Source of the DNA: an uncultured Nitrososphaerota archaeon | GTDB lineage: Archaea > Thermoproteota > Nitrososphaeria > Conexivisphaerales > DTJL01 | Assembly (NCBI GenBank): GCA_963842885.1 | Contig: CAWJIE010000003.1 | Coordinates: forward strand, 384,001-448,000 | Length of the DNA: 64,000 bases | Direction of reading: 5' to 3' | Part shown: in pieces, positions 50,491 through 60,227 of the stretch | Layout: every line of letters begins with the position of its first letter | Numbering within the stretch: position 1 is the stretch's first letter | Made by a program: the position numbers and the translations under genes | The notes under the pieces: generated by a model | What the model was told of the DNA's origin: nothing | The model's input: only the letters and a program-made list of their open reading frames with translations | Database searches by the model: none

Positions 50491-50757
50491 TTTTGGCATG
50501 GCGGCAACCTTCCCTGCCATGTGCCTGCAGCGAGCTCATTAGAGGCCGAAAACAGGCTAATGACGGACAGGAAGAAAGAACTGCAGATGCGGGGATCCAG
50601 CAACAGCCACTTGGTCGACTAGGCGTCGGAGAACGTCGTCTGTTCCCCGAATCGCTATCCGACCCAGCGACCGACCCTCGACGGGGCTGCTGGCAATCGG
50701 GGACCTTGCAACACCTTCGCAGCAATTATTTAAATATAACTCATTTAAACTTATAGG

Positions 50758-51738
50758 ATGTCATATATTTCTTGGCGACCCATTTTGTCCTCTAGGAGAG
50801 AGCAGTTTCCCAGCGATCAGAACGCGCAGACGGAGCGCTGCCCACGTTGCGGCAGGCGGCCCATGGTCATCGACTCTGCCAAGGGGGAGATGGTCTGCAG
50901 CTACTGCGGATTCGTCGTCAAGGAACGCATCGAGGAGACGGGTCCGGAGTGGCGCGCCTTCTCCAAGGAGGAGAAGGATGACAGGAGCAGGGTGGGGATC
51001 CCCACTTCTCTCGCCATGCACGACTATGGCTTGGCCACGGTCATCGGTTCGGAGAACAGGGATGCCTCCGGTAAGAACCTGGCTGGCAGCGTCAGGTCGG
51101 CCATCGAGAGGCTCAGGACCTGGGACGGGAGGAGCCAGGTCCACGAACCTGTGGACAGGAACCTGCGCCAGGCCTTCAGCGAACTGGACAGGTTGGCCGA
51201 CAAGCTGAGCATCTCCGACGTCGTCGTCGAAAGGTCTGCCTACATCTACAGGAAGGCTCTGGATAAGGGCCTCGTGAGGGGAAGGAGCATCGGTGCCCTC
51301 ATCGCAGCGTCCACCTACGCCGCCTGCAGGGTGACGGAGACCCCGAGGACCTTGAAAGACGTTGCGGCTGCCAGCGGCATGAAGAAGAAGGACGTGGCCA
51401 GATGTTATCGGCTCCTCCTACGTGAGCTTGAGCTGAGGATGCCCGTGACGGACCCCGTGAAATGTGTCTCCAGGATCGCCAGCAAGTCAGGCCTTACTGA
51501 GAGGACGCAGAGGCGCGCGGTGGGCATATTGAAGAGGGCCATCGAATCCAGGACGAGCGCAGGAAAGGACCCCATGGGCCTGGCTGCGGCGGCCCTCTAC
51601 GTAGCCTGCGTGCTTGAAGGCGAGAACAAGACTCAGAAGGACATCGCCGAGGCTGCGGCTGTCACGGAAGTCACCATTAGGAATAGATACAAGGGGCTGA
51701 AGATGGCGTTGAAGATACAAGAGCCGGCGAAGGCATAG
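50758..51738 (+). CDS. tfb: transcription initiation factor B
   Basis: CPRC..CSYC Zn ribbon, GPEWRAF, RNL..A..EL, LVRGRS, GKDPMGLAAAALY, VTEVTIRNRY. Confidence 0.95.
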   Translation: MSYISWRPILSSRREQFPSDQNAQTERCPRCGRRPMVIDSAKGEMVCSYCGFVVKERIEETGPEWRAFSKEEKDDRSRVGIPTSLAMHDYGLATVIGSENRDASGKNLAGSVRSAIERLRTWDGRSQVHEPVDRNLRQAFSELDRLADKLSISDVVVERSAYIYRKALDKGLVRGRSIGALIAASTYAACRVTETPRTLKDVAAASGMKKKDVARCYRLLLRELELRMPVTDPVKCVSRIASKSGLTERTQRRAVGILKRAIESRTSAGKDPMGLAAAALYVACVLEGENKTQKDIAEAAAVTEVTIRNRYKGLKMALKIQEPAKA

Positions 51739-52194
51739 GGGTCGATCATGCCGCACGGCGACCTTTTTCACAGCTTCGAGCGGTGATGTCCCCCAAGCGA
51801 ATCAACGGGATTGGCTCGAGTCTAGATGAGACGGCCTAGCGGGGAGGCCCTAGGAACATAGGAATTGATTCGTCCTTAGAGCCAGGGATCTCCGAGAATC
51901 AAGTAGGACAGCAACCCCTATTAGCCCCGTCTTTCGGTCTAGAGTGTGGAAGAAACCGTACCCTCATGCTCCAGGCACAACATACGCATGAGACGGTCGG
52001 GTAAGGGCTTCGAATGCCCGGTTTGTGTTCAGATAGACGAACAGCAGCGAATGTCCAGAAGCCGAAGAAGACGATAGACTACGTCCAACCTTTTGTCGGA
52101 CTTTGGTCCAGCTTGGGCTCCGAGACCGGGAGGTCTGCAGGAACCCGTCGTCAGGTCGCACTACAAGAGCGAGTTCACGCGGTGAGCTGTCCAA

Positions 52195-53133
52195 TTGATT
52201 CATTCGACGGCATCCCGAAGATGCCCGAGATGTTCGGCCCAGACCTCCGTCTTCGATTCGACCAGCGGAGAGTACGTCTGTAACAGCTGTGGGTTCGTCC
52301 TTGAGGACAGGGCCCAGGAATCAGGCGTCGGATGGAGGGCCTTCTCCCCAGAAGAGAAGGACGCGTTGAGCCACACGGGAGCTCCTGAGTCGCTCTCCAG
52401 GCACGATATGGGGCTGTCTACCGTGATAGGGAACGAATACAAGGACGCCGGAGGCGCCAGGCTTTCGTCGGCGGCGAGGAACGCAGCGCAGAGGATGCGC
52501 ACGTGGGACAACCGCAGCGTATACCGGAAGCCTAAGGACAAGAACCTGATGATTGCCTTGAGCGAACTCTCTAGGTTGGTGGAGAAACTCAATGTGGGCC
52601 CAAACGTTGCAGAGCGTGCTGCCTACATCTATCGAAAGGCCCTTGAGATGAATCTCGTCAGGGGGAGGACGATAACAGGGATGGTCTCCGCTTCTCTCTA
52701 TGAAGCCTGCCGCAGCACTTCGACTCCCAGGAATCTGAAAGACGTCGCTGGCGTCAGCGACATGAAGAGGACGGACCTGGCCAGGTGCTATCGCCTCCTG
52801 TTGAGAGAGCTCAACCTGGCGATGCCCGTGGTGGACCCGTCAAGATGTGTCACACGCATCGCTAGCAAGGCTGGGATGTCCGAAAGGAACCAGAGGAAGG
52901 CGCTCGAGATCCTTGCCGCCGTAAAGGATTCGAGGGGGATGTCCGGGAAGGACCCCATGGGGCTCGCGGCTTCCGCCCTCTACCTTGCAAATACCATGAT
53001 CGAAGACGAGACTCATGTGACCCAGAGGGACGTAGCCGAGGCTGCGGGCGTGACCGAGGTGACGATAAGGAACAGGAGCAAGGGCATGCTTGAGATCATG
53101 GGCGATTTGGGCCTGAGCGCGACAGACGCATAG
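52195..53133 (+). CDS. tfb: transcription initiation factor B, second paralog
   Basis: CPRC..CNSC, WRAF, LVRGRT, GKDPMGLAASALY, VTEVTIRNR. Confidence 0.93.
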   Translation: MIHSTASRRCPRCSAQTSVFDSTSGEYVCNSCGFVLEDRAQESGVGWRAFSPEEKDALSHTGAPESLSRHDMGLSTVIGNEYKDAGGARLSSAARNAAQRMRTWDNRSVYRKPKDKNLMIALSELSRLVEKLNVGPNVAERAAYIYRKALEMNLVRGRTITGMVSASLYEACRSTSTPRNLKDVAGVSDMKRTDLARCYRLLLRELNLAMPVVDPSRCVTRIASKAGMSERNQRKALEILAAVKDSRGMSGKDPMGLAASALYLANTMIEDETHVTQRDVAEAAGVTEVTIRNRSKGMLEIMGDLGLSATDA

Positions 53134-53451
53134 GGATCGACAACACAATCAAGGCCGGCTCGTCCTGACTGTTGCCCCCCGTCGAACGATCATCGCCTGA
53201 CAGAGCTCTCCTGTGTCGGCGCGGAGTTGTCTTCGCGGCGACCATTCAAATCGAGAGACCGCCTTCACTAGACCCAGACAGGCTTGCAACACCCTAAGTC
53301 AGCCGTTTGGTTTTTCGGACCATAGACACGGCTAGGAGATGATGGTTGATGGCGGAACAAAAAACCCCTCCGCCCATTCTCGTGGTCGATTTACGTCCAT
53401 TCTAGACCCGTGGAGAGGATTTCGCCCCTCCCGCATCTACCTGTACGTAAT

Positions 53452-53790
53452 CTACTGTGTCTTCCCAGCAGGCTCGGCATCTGTCGATGCGGGAGCATCC
53501 GCCGGTTGCGATGTCGTGTTTGTCGCGGGGGAAACGATCTCGGCGCTAGCGTACCTGTTCGATACGTTAGTGATCTTAACCCTCAGCTTCTGTCCGGTCT
53601 TCGCGCCGACAACAAAGATGATGAATCCCTGTATCTTTGCGATACCGTCACCGCGTCTCGAGATCTCAGTGATCTCGACGTCGTACTCCTCGCCAGCCTT
53701 GACTGGCTTTGGAGCGAAACTGCTTGGGCCACCGAAGCTACCGTAGCTCCGCCTGGCACCGTATCCGCCGCTGCGATTTCCGTAACTCAT
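53452..53790 (-). CDS. single TRAM-domain RNA-binding protein
   Basis: PVKAGEEYDVEI...RGDGIAKIQGFIIFV. Confidence 0.9.
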   Translation of the reverse strand: MSYGNRSGGYGARRSYGSFGGPSSFAPKPVKAGEEYDVEITEISRRGDGIAKIQGFIIFVVGAKTGQKLRVKITNVSNRYASAEIVSPATNTTSQPADAPASTDAEPAGKTQ

Positions 53791-53947
53791 GTCGTATTCG
53801 TCACTAGGCGCTTATTGGCTGGTTATATTAAGCTGTTGGCTCCTCCCCTCCTTTCCTGTAAGGCAATCGGCCGACGGCGGCCCGCCTGACGGAACTCCAA
53901 CTATACACCCTTATGGCAGGACATCCGACCAGCTGACGAGGTTCCTG

Positions 53948-54418
53948 TTGGCGGACCCTGCTCCCAGAGATTCCACTTCGTCGCCTACACCGGGCAGGAA
54001 CGTCTGCTTTGAACACAGATGCATAAGCTGCTGCCAGGGGACGGCCATGGCCCTCTCCGAAGAAGACATGCGAAGGATAGAGTCGCTGGGTTACAAGGAG
54101 GAGTCCTTCGCGGTCGAATCGAAGGGGCTTGTAATCTTGAAGAACGCGCATCATCGGTGCGTCTTCCACGATGGCACCCGTTGCACCATCTACGAAGCGA
54201 GGCCCAAGGGATGCAGGCTCTATCCGGTGGCTTTCGCTGAATACTCGGGACGCGCTACGATGGACCACTTGTGCCCGTTCTGGAGTGAGTTCTCTTGCAC
54301 GCCTGAATCCGGCCGCGCATCAAGGGACCTACACCGTCTACTGATCGAGGAGGCCAGGCAACGGAAGAGGTCTCGCCTGCCGAAGTCTAAGGGCGGTCAC
54401 GACCGAGGGAATCGCTGA
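53948..54418 (+). CDS. YkgJ-family Cys-cluster (Fe-S/Zn) protein
   Basis: C...C..CC, CVF...CTIYEARP.GCRLYP. Confidence 0.85.
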   Translation: MADPAPRDSTSSPTPGRNVCFEHRCISCCQGTAMALSEEDMRRIESLGYKEESFAVESKGLVILKNAHHRCVFHDGTRCTIYEARPKGCRLYPVAFAEYSGRATMDHLCPFWSEFSCTPESGRASRDLHRLLIEEARQRKRSRLPKSKGGHDRGNR

Positions 54419-54431
54419 GCCAGGCAGTCCG

Positions 54432-54826
54432 CTAGCGCCTGTATTCGCCCTCTATGTAGTAGAGGAATGAGCCCCTATAGTGGAAGGAGCCTCCAGAGCC
54501 GTCCAGAGGGTAGACCACTAGCTCTTCCCCGACCACCTCAATTCGTAGAGATGTAGGTTGTGCTCGAACTTCCCGTACGGCGTCACGACGTGTACGGCCT
54601 TCGCCAGCCTTGGCGATCCGACGAGGTTGTCCGAGAAGTCGGAAGTCTCTTGTGAACCGCTCATGTATTCCCTCCACTTCGGGCATGAGGCCGGCTGGTC
54701 CGAGCAGTATGGAGATCCATCCTTGTAGAAAGCGCACTGCAGGAAGTATGAGCAGCGCAGGGTCCTCTCCGGGGCGCTCTCGGGTTCTCTCCTCTCGACG
54801 AACCTCTGTTTACCGCTTGGAGCCAA
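54432..54826 (-). CDS. hypothetical Cys-containing protein (probably frameshifted)
   Basis: CSY..CAF...YC....SCPKW; overlapping ORFs. Confidence 0.35.
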
Positions 54827-55000
54827 ATGATCTCAGCAGTGCAAGCAAGCATGCAAATGGTATTTTACGTTCGATGTATTCTAACGTTGCATCTGTGCGC
54901 AAAAACTATTGACATGTCGAACCTTTCACGAATGGCTATGGAGCTACCCGCTCGCAACTTGCAGAAGAATATCAAGAATCTGCCGGTGAACCAATGATTC

Positions 55001-56269
55001 CTAAGCTGTGTCGGACTTCAGGCGCTTGACTATCTCCACTACCTTGTCATAGGTGACCCTGGGCTCCTTCTCGATCTCCTCGACCACCTTCGGTATCAGG
55101 TCCACGGGGGCGCCGGCCATGACAGCAAGGTTCCTGGCGTGGAGCCTCATGTGCCCCCTGCTGATGCCTTCCGTGGCCAGGACGCGCAGGGCGGCCAGGT
55201 TCTGCGCAAGGCCGACGGAGGCCATCACGCACGCCAACTCCTGGGCAGTCTTGACCCCCAACATCCTGATGGCTGCCTTCGCGACGGGATGGGTGGAGGT
55301 GGCTCCGCCTAGGATGCCCGACGCTATGGGAAGCTCGATGCTGCCGACGATGTCGCCGTCGGCGTTCTTCTCGTACTTGGTGAGAGAGGAGTAGTGACCG
55401 CTCCTGGCTGCATAGGCGTGGGCGCCTGACTCTATGGCGCGCGTGTCGTTGCCCGTTGCGAGAGCCACCGAGGATATGCCGTTCATTATGCCCTTGTTGT
55501 GGGTGGCGCATCGGAAGGGGTCGGCCTCGGCGAAGGCGTATGCGTCAAGTATTCCCTCGACGACGTCAGGACCTCCCAGGTCATCCTTGCCGAATGTTGC
55601 CCAAGATCTGGCCAGCCTCTTCGTGGCCAAATTGGAGAGGATCCTGAGCCTCACCCTCCCGCCGATCAGGCTCTCGATGAGGGGTGCGACAGTCTCGGCC
55701 ATGGTGTTGACGGTGTTGGCTCCCATCGCGTCCCTGCAGTCGGCCGTAATCTCAGTTATCACCATCTTCCCGCGGCTGGTATCTATGACGCGCGCATCGA
55801 GGTCCACGGCTCCGCCTCCCACCTTGACCAGCGTCGGGTTCGTCTCGTTGCTGATTTCGAGTATCTTGTCGGCATGGGCCAGGACCTTATGCACGGCGGC
55901 GTAGGGGTCGGCGACGCCGACCGATTGTATCTGGGCGACCATGAGGGGCCTGCTTGCGACGGCGTGGAAGCCTCCCTTGGCCCTTGTCATCTTCGCCGCG
56001 TTGGAGGCGGCCGCGATGACGCTGGGCTCCTCGATGGCCATCGGCACGGCATACTCCTTTCCGTTGATCATGAAGTTGGTGGCTACGCCAAGAGGCAGCT
56101 GAATGGCGCCTATCACGTTCTCAATCATTCGGTCGGCGACGTCTCTCTTCAAAGCTGTCATGGAGAAGATGGAGTCGGCTTCATCGTCGGTGATCCCAGT
56201 CATCTCCTTCACCCGCCGAATCCTTTCACCCATTTCAAGCTTGTAGAGGCCAGAAAGCGAAGAGCTCAT
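55001..56269 (-). CDS. mvaA: HMG-CoA reductase, class II
   Basis: ENVIG, EEPSV.AAAS, DAMGAN, THNKGIMNG, GHM.LH. Confidence 0.92.
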   Translation of the reverse strand: MSSSLSGLYKLEMGERIRRVKEMTGITDDEADSIFSMTALKRDVADRMIENVIGAIQLPLGVATNFMINGKEYAVPMAIEEPSVIAAASNAAKMTRAKGGFHAVASRPLMVAQIQSVGVADPYAAVHKVLAHADKILEISNETNPTLVKVGGGAVDLDARVIDTSRGKMVITEITADCRDAMGANTVNTMAETVAPLIESLIGGRVRLRILSNLATKRLARSWATFGKDDLGGPDVVEGILDAYAFAEADPFRCATHNKGIMNGISSVALATGNDTRAIESGAHAYAARSGHYSSLTKYEKNADGDIVGSIELPIASGILGGATSTHPVAKAAIRMLGVKTAQELACVMASVGLAQNLAALRVLATEGISRGHMRLHARNLAVMAGAPVDLIPKVVEEIEKEPRVTYDKVVEIVKRLKSDTA

Positions 56270-56400
56270 TCGAAGTGTCGTTTAACCATACGTCAGTGGC
56301 GAGTACATAAACCATGTGAGAAGAGCGCCAATCGTTCGTCAGTCGATGGGTCATGGCCGAAAAGGTTTAAATCGTTTCTCAAGAGGAGCTTAACGAAGAA

Positions 56401-56498
56401 GGGCCGGTCGTCTAGCCTGGTCTTGGACGTCGCTCTGACTCGCGTTGTCGACGCGCAGAAGACGGCGAAGATCACAGGTTCAAATCCTGTCCGGCCCA
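56401..56498 (+). tRNA. tRNA-Val(GAC) with 22-nt intron at non-canonical 36/37 position (56440-56461)
   Basis: GGGCCGG/CCGGCCC acceptor stem, TCGCT/GGCGA anticodon stem, GGTTCAAAT; intron helices TCTG/CAGA and CGCGT/ACGCG. Confidence 0.8.
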
Positions 56499-56780
56499 TT
56501 GCAGGTCATATCCAGTGCGTGCCCTGATTCCGAACTTCAAGACCTCAAGTTGAGTCGCCTTGGAACCGCCCTCAGCCTTGCTGGCGTCTTCTCCTCCCTG
56601 ATTAGGGAATCCAGGATATTGGAGGTCCGAGTGTGATGCTGAAAACAGAAAGATGCATCTCCGAGTGTTCGCCTATCGGATGCTGCCGGCAAAGAACCTC
56701 ACGGATTGACGTCCCAGATCCCCATACTAGCTGGCTGCCTTAATCGGCCTCTTCCTTGAGCCTAGTTCGAAAGGAATCAT

Positions 56781-57293
56781 CTAGGGAGGAACTTCCACGG
56801 CGACCTCATTCCTACGCAAGAACCAAGGGGTGAAGGGAGCGTTGTACCTCATGGAGAACACCTCGCCTCTGATTCCAATCCCCGCATTCTGCAGCTCACC
56901 CAGCATTTCCTTGGATCTGGCATCGAAGACACCCTTGCTCCATCTTCCGGAGAACCTGAGGACGGCCAAATTCCTGGCAGGGATCTCCACAATCTTGACG
57001 CGCTCATCAACGGGCACGGGCGTTGTCTCGACTGTGTAGGATTCAGGCATGACGAAGGCTATCGATCCTCCGCCCGAGAGGACCGGCGCGGTCATCGGAA
57101 TCTTCTCCGAAAGGACAGGAGCGGTCATTGCGACCTTTGCCTTCTGGCTGTTCTCGCCGGTGATGAACCTGAACAGCAGGTTGAAGCCACCGTCTCCGTA
57201 ACCGTCCACCCTGGCAATTACCATTCGCGGGTAACTTCTGATTTCCACCTTCCCTAGCTTCTTCACGACTCTGTAGCCCAGTGTCTCTACCAT
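56781..57293 (-). CDS. SOUL heme-binding protein
   Basis: EIRSYP, GF.LF.FI.G.N, MTAPV, YNAPFTP..RRNEV. Confidence 0.88.
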   Translation of the reverse strand: MVETLGYRVVKKLGKVEIRSYPRMVIARVDGYGDGGFNLLFRFITGENSQKAKVAMTAPVLSEKIPMTAPVLSGGGSIAFVMPESYTVETTPVPVDERVKIVEIPARNLAVLRFSGRWSKGVFDARSKEMLGELQNAGIGIRGEVFSMRYNAPFTPWFLRRNEVAVEVPP

Positions 57294-57440
57294 TTGGAAT
57301 CGCGATGGCCAATCTGAATGTTCGGCACCATATAATCTCGCTGAATTATCCGTAGCTTCGGCGCCCTTGCAGGCTGGCTCGCGGGCATGGGAATCCTTAG
57401 ATATTCATCCCAGCATGTTCGGTCTTGAGGAAGCTGACTG

Positions 57441-58229
57441 ATGTCTCTAAAGAGAGGTGTTTCGGCTCTGCAGATGGGCAATGCTTTAGCGTTTGTCGCG
57501 GTGGTCGTCGTTAACGCCCTGGCGGGCGGCACCAAGCTGTTGAATGGTAGGAACACCGCTGACGTGTCCGCTGCCTATCCGACGCTTATCACACCGGCTG
57601 GTTTCACCTTCTCAATCTGGGGCGTAATCTACGTGCTGCTGTTCGCCTTCATCTTCTTCCAACTGGTGCCGCGGCACAGGGAGGACTCGTTCAATGGGCG
57701 GGTAAGCTACTTGTTCATACTGAGCAGCGTGTTCAACATCGCGTGGCTGTTCCTTTGGCAGTACGACTACATCGTGGCGTCAGTCCCACTGATCTTTGGG
57801 CTGTTGGCGTCGTTGATTGCCATCTATCTCCGTTTGGATGTGGGCAGGTCGAAGGCGCCTCGCGGCGAGAAGATCTGGGTCCATCTGCCGTTCAGCGTCT
57901 ACCTTGGCTGGATTACGATAGCTTCCATTGCGGATGTCTCGTCCGCCCTAGTTTCATTGAATTGGGGTGGTTGGGGGATCGCTCCAGCCGCTTGGGCTGA
58001 GCTCGTCATCGTCGTAGCACTAATCATCACACTTGCGGTGTTGGGCACCAGGAGAGACATTGCCTATGGCCTGGTCGTCGTCTGGGCTCTTGCAGGGATA
58101 ACGGCGAACCAGGGCGGGCATCCCCAAGTGGCCTTGGCCACAGAGGCTTCCGCAGCCATCGTAGCTGCAGCGATTCTGGTCGTCGCTTTCATTAGATTCG
58201 CCCGGGGTCCTACGAAGCCATCGGTATAG
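57441..58229 (+). CDS. TspO/MBR-like tryptophan-rich membrane protein
   Basis: TPAGFTFSIWGVIY, NIAWLFLW, PFSVYLGWITIA. Confidence 0.8.
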   Translation: MSLKRGVSALQMGNALAFVAVVVVNALAGGTKLLNGRNTADVSAAYPTLITPAGFTFSIWGVIYVLLFAFIFFQLVPRHREDSFNGRVSYLFILSSVFNIAWLFLWQYDYIVASVPLIFGLLASLIAIYLRLDVGRSKAPRGEKIWVHLPFSVYLGWITIASIADVSSALVSLNWGGWGIAPAAWAELVIVVALIITLAVLGTRRDIAYGLVVVWALAGITANQGGHPQVALATEASAAIVAAAILVVAFIRFARGPTKPSV

Positions 58230-58387
58230 GGCGGAGGACGGGGCCCCTACATCACCAATCCGTCGCGGTAGTTCAGCCCGCTGCTGCGCTGGAATGATCC
58301 TGCCGCGTAGCGTAGAGGATGACCGGCGCGATCGCCACGGCGATGGATGAAGGCCAGAAGAGCCCGTCGGCGCGCCGACGACGCTTT

Positions 58388-58948
58388 CTACTTCTTCCTC
58401 TGGGCCAACAGGTAACCCAGTCCGCCAAGGATGGCGCCTGCCACAGCCATCACTATGAAGTAGCCGACCGGGTTTATCAGCTGGCTGAGTATCTGAACGT
58501 GTATCTGTCCCGTCGTGAGGCCTCCGCCTCCGCTCGAAACCGGGGCTTGGGCCACTCCAGCCGTGTAGCCCCCCCACATGAGCAGGAAGCAGGCTCCGGC
58601 GACCCCTACGTTCATCAGTATTATGTGAGCCCAAGCCAGATAGGAGGTTAACTCGCTGTAAACCTTGCCCAGGACAGATTCGATGTAGAAGTAGAAGATC
58701 GCCGTAACGGCGACCGCCACTACTCCGACCAGAACATATGACATGTAGCCGACGAAGAACCATGTGCCAGCTCCCCCTCCCGAGATGACCTTGGAAGGGC
58801 CATAGGTCAGGTACGGATCGATTATGAAGAGCGTCCACAGCACCGCAAGGAAACCCTGTAAGATAGAGGCCCAGATGAACCTCCCAGCCCATTTACCACG
58901 CACTAAAGTTGAAGCCGCCATGTCCCTGTCGCGGCTGAAGCGACTCAT
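58388..58948 (-). CDS. 4-TM membrane protein
   Basis: Four hydrophobic helices and a basic C-terminus. Confidence 0.65.
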   Translation of the reverse strand: MSRFSRDRDMAASTLVRGKWAGRFIWASILQGFLAVLWTLFIIDPYLTYGPSKVISGGGAGTWFFVGYMSYVLVGVVAVAVTAIFYFYIESVLGKVYSELTSYLAWAHIILMNVGVAGACFLLMWGGYTAGVAQAPVSSGGGGLTTGQIHVQILSQLINPVGYFIVMAVAGAILGGLGYLLAQRKK

Positions 58949-59079
58949 TTCATATAAAAGCTACACACCAAATCCAACCCTACCTCCGACGGAAGACGGT
59001 CCGGACAGATCTTGATCGGGCACCCTGGCTTGAAAAAGTAGAAATAGACGGCGTCCACCGAAGTCTCGGCTGAACGAAG

Positions 59080-59661
59080 ATGGAGGAGAGAGATCGACGA
59101 ATCCTCGAATGCCTAGCAGACAGGAAGACGGCGGCCTCGGCGGAGATCGCGGCCTCCCTGGGCATGGACCTGAAGAGCGTCAACGAGAGCTTCAACGTCC
59201 TGTACGCCGCGGGTCTCCTGCAGTTCGCTGACAGGACGGGGTTCCTGAGCAGCAGGAACGAGTTCATACTGGCTAGGATAACCGAACAGGGGATATTGGC
59301 TGCGCATCAGAGCCGCACCCAGTCCGGGGCCCCTCCTGGCGGTCAAGGCGGAACACGCCCGGCCGCGGGGGAAGGGAACGTCGCCGCCGGAGCTGACCAG
59401 GTGCAGGCTACCCTGCAGAGAAACGCAGGCGACTTCCTCGGAGATATCTTGAGCCTGATTGATTCGAGGCCTGACATCAGTGACTACGAAAGAGGCGACC
59501 TGAAGAAGAAGGTGGAGGACCTCGGGGAGGCCATTTCAAAGGAGGATAAAGCGAAAGCGGACCAGATTCAGAGCTGGATGTCGAAGTACGCCCCTTGGAT
59601 CGCCTCTTCTCTTGCGACCCCTGAGGCCCAGGAAGCCATCAAGAAAGCAGTCAGTCCCTAG
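59080..59661 (+). CDS. wHTH-domain protein with helical C-terminal domain
   Basis: DRRILECL...AEIAASLG...L..AGLL...ITEQG. Confidence 0.6.
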   Translation: MEERDRRILECLADRKTAASAEIAASLGMDLKSVNESFNVLYAAGLLQFADRTGFLSSRNEFILARITEQGILAAHQSRTQSGAPPGGQGGTRPAAGEGNVAAGADQVQATLQRNAGDFLGDILSLIDSRPDISDYERGDLKKKVEDLGEAISKEDKAKADQIQSWMSKYAPWIASSLATPEAQEAIKKAVSP

Positions 59662-59735
59662 GGTCGAGGCTAATCAGGCTTCCATAGTTCTCTGCGCGTA
59701 GCTCTGTCCAGCCTCCTTCACAAGGGCGGCCGGCT

Positions 59736-60146
59736 CTAGCTCTGTTGCCCACTGGCTGTTGGATGGTCTCCGCTGCCCCCGGGCTTGGGCTTCTTGATCA
59801 CCATCTTCAGCTTCGCGTCCGTCGGGGGGTACATCTGGGTCTGGGACAGTCTCAGCTGATAGGTCCCGGCGACATCAACGGGGTACACGAAATGCAGCTT
59901 GGAAGAAGGCGGAGGGCTCAGGACAGGCTCATGGACCGCGCCGCTGGGATCCTTCCTGAAGAGGTGCGCCATTACGTTCACGACCGACGAGGCCGACACC
60001 TCCAGGACCATCCCGGGCTGAAGCTCCTCCGGCACCCTCATGATATAGGAGGACTGCCAGGCTGGCGGACGCGGAGGCACCACTTGCATTAGTTTCACCA
60101 ATTGCTCGTAGACTACTTCTTCGTACTCGACTGGAGCGGCTGCCAA
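59736..60146 (-). CDS. hypothetical protein
   Basis: 136-aa ORF with GC3-biased codons, beta-rich (AGTYQLRL). Confidence 0.5.
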   Translation of the reverse strand: MAAAPVEYEEVVYEQLVKLMQVVPPRPPAWQSSYIMRVPEELQPGMVLEVSASSVVNVMAHLFRKDPSGAVHEPVLSPPPSSKLHFVYPVDVAGTYQLRLSQTQMYPPTDAKLKMVIKKPKPGGSGDHPTASGQQS

Positions 60147-60227
60147 TGACCCTAACCCCTCAGACTTCGCCTGGCTTGCGAGGAATATTAGGCTTTCGAC
60201 GAGCTTCCCTGCGCCCCACGGAAGCGA

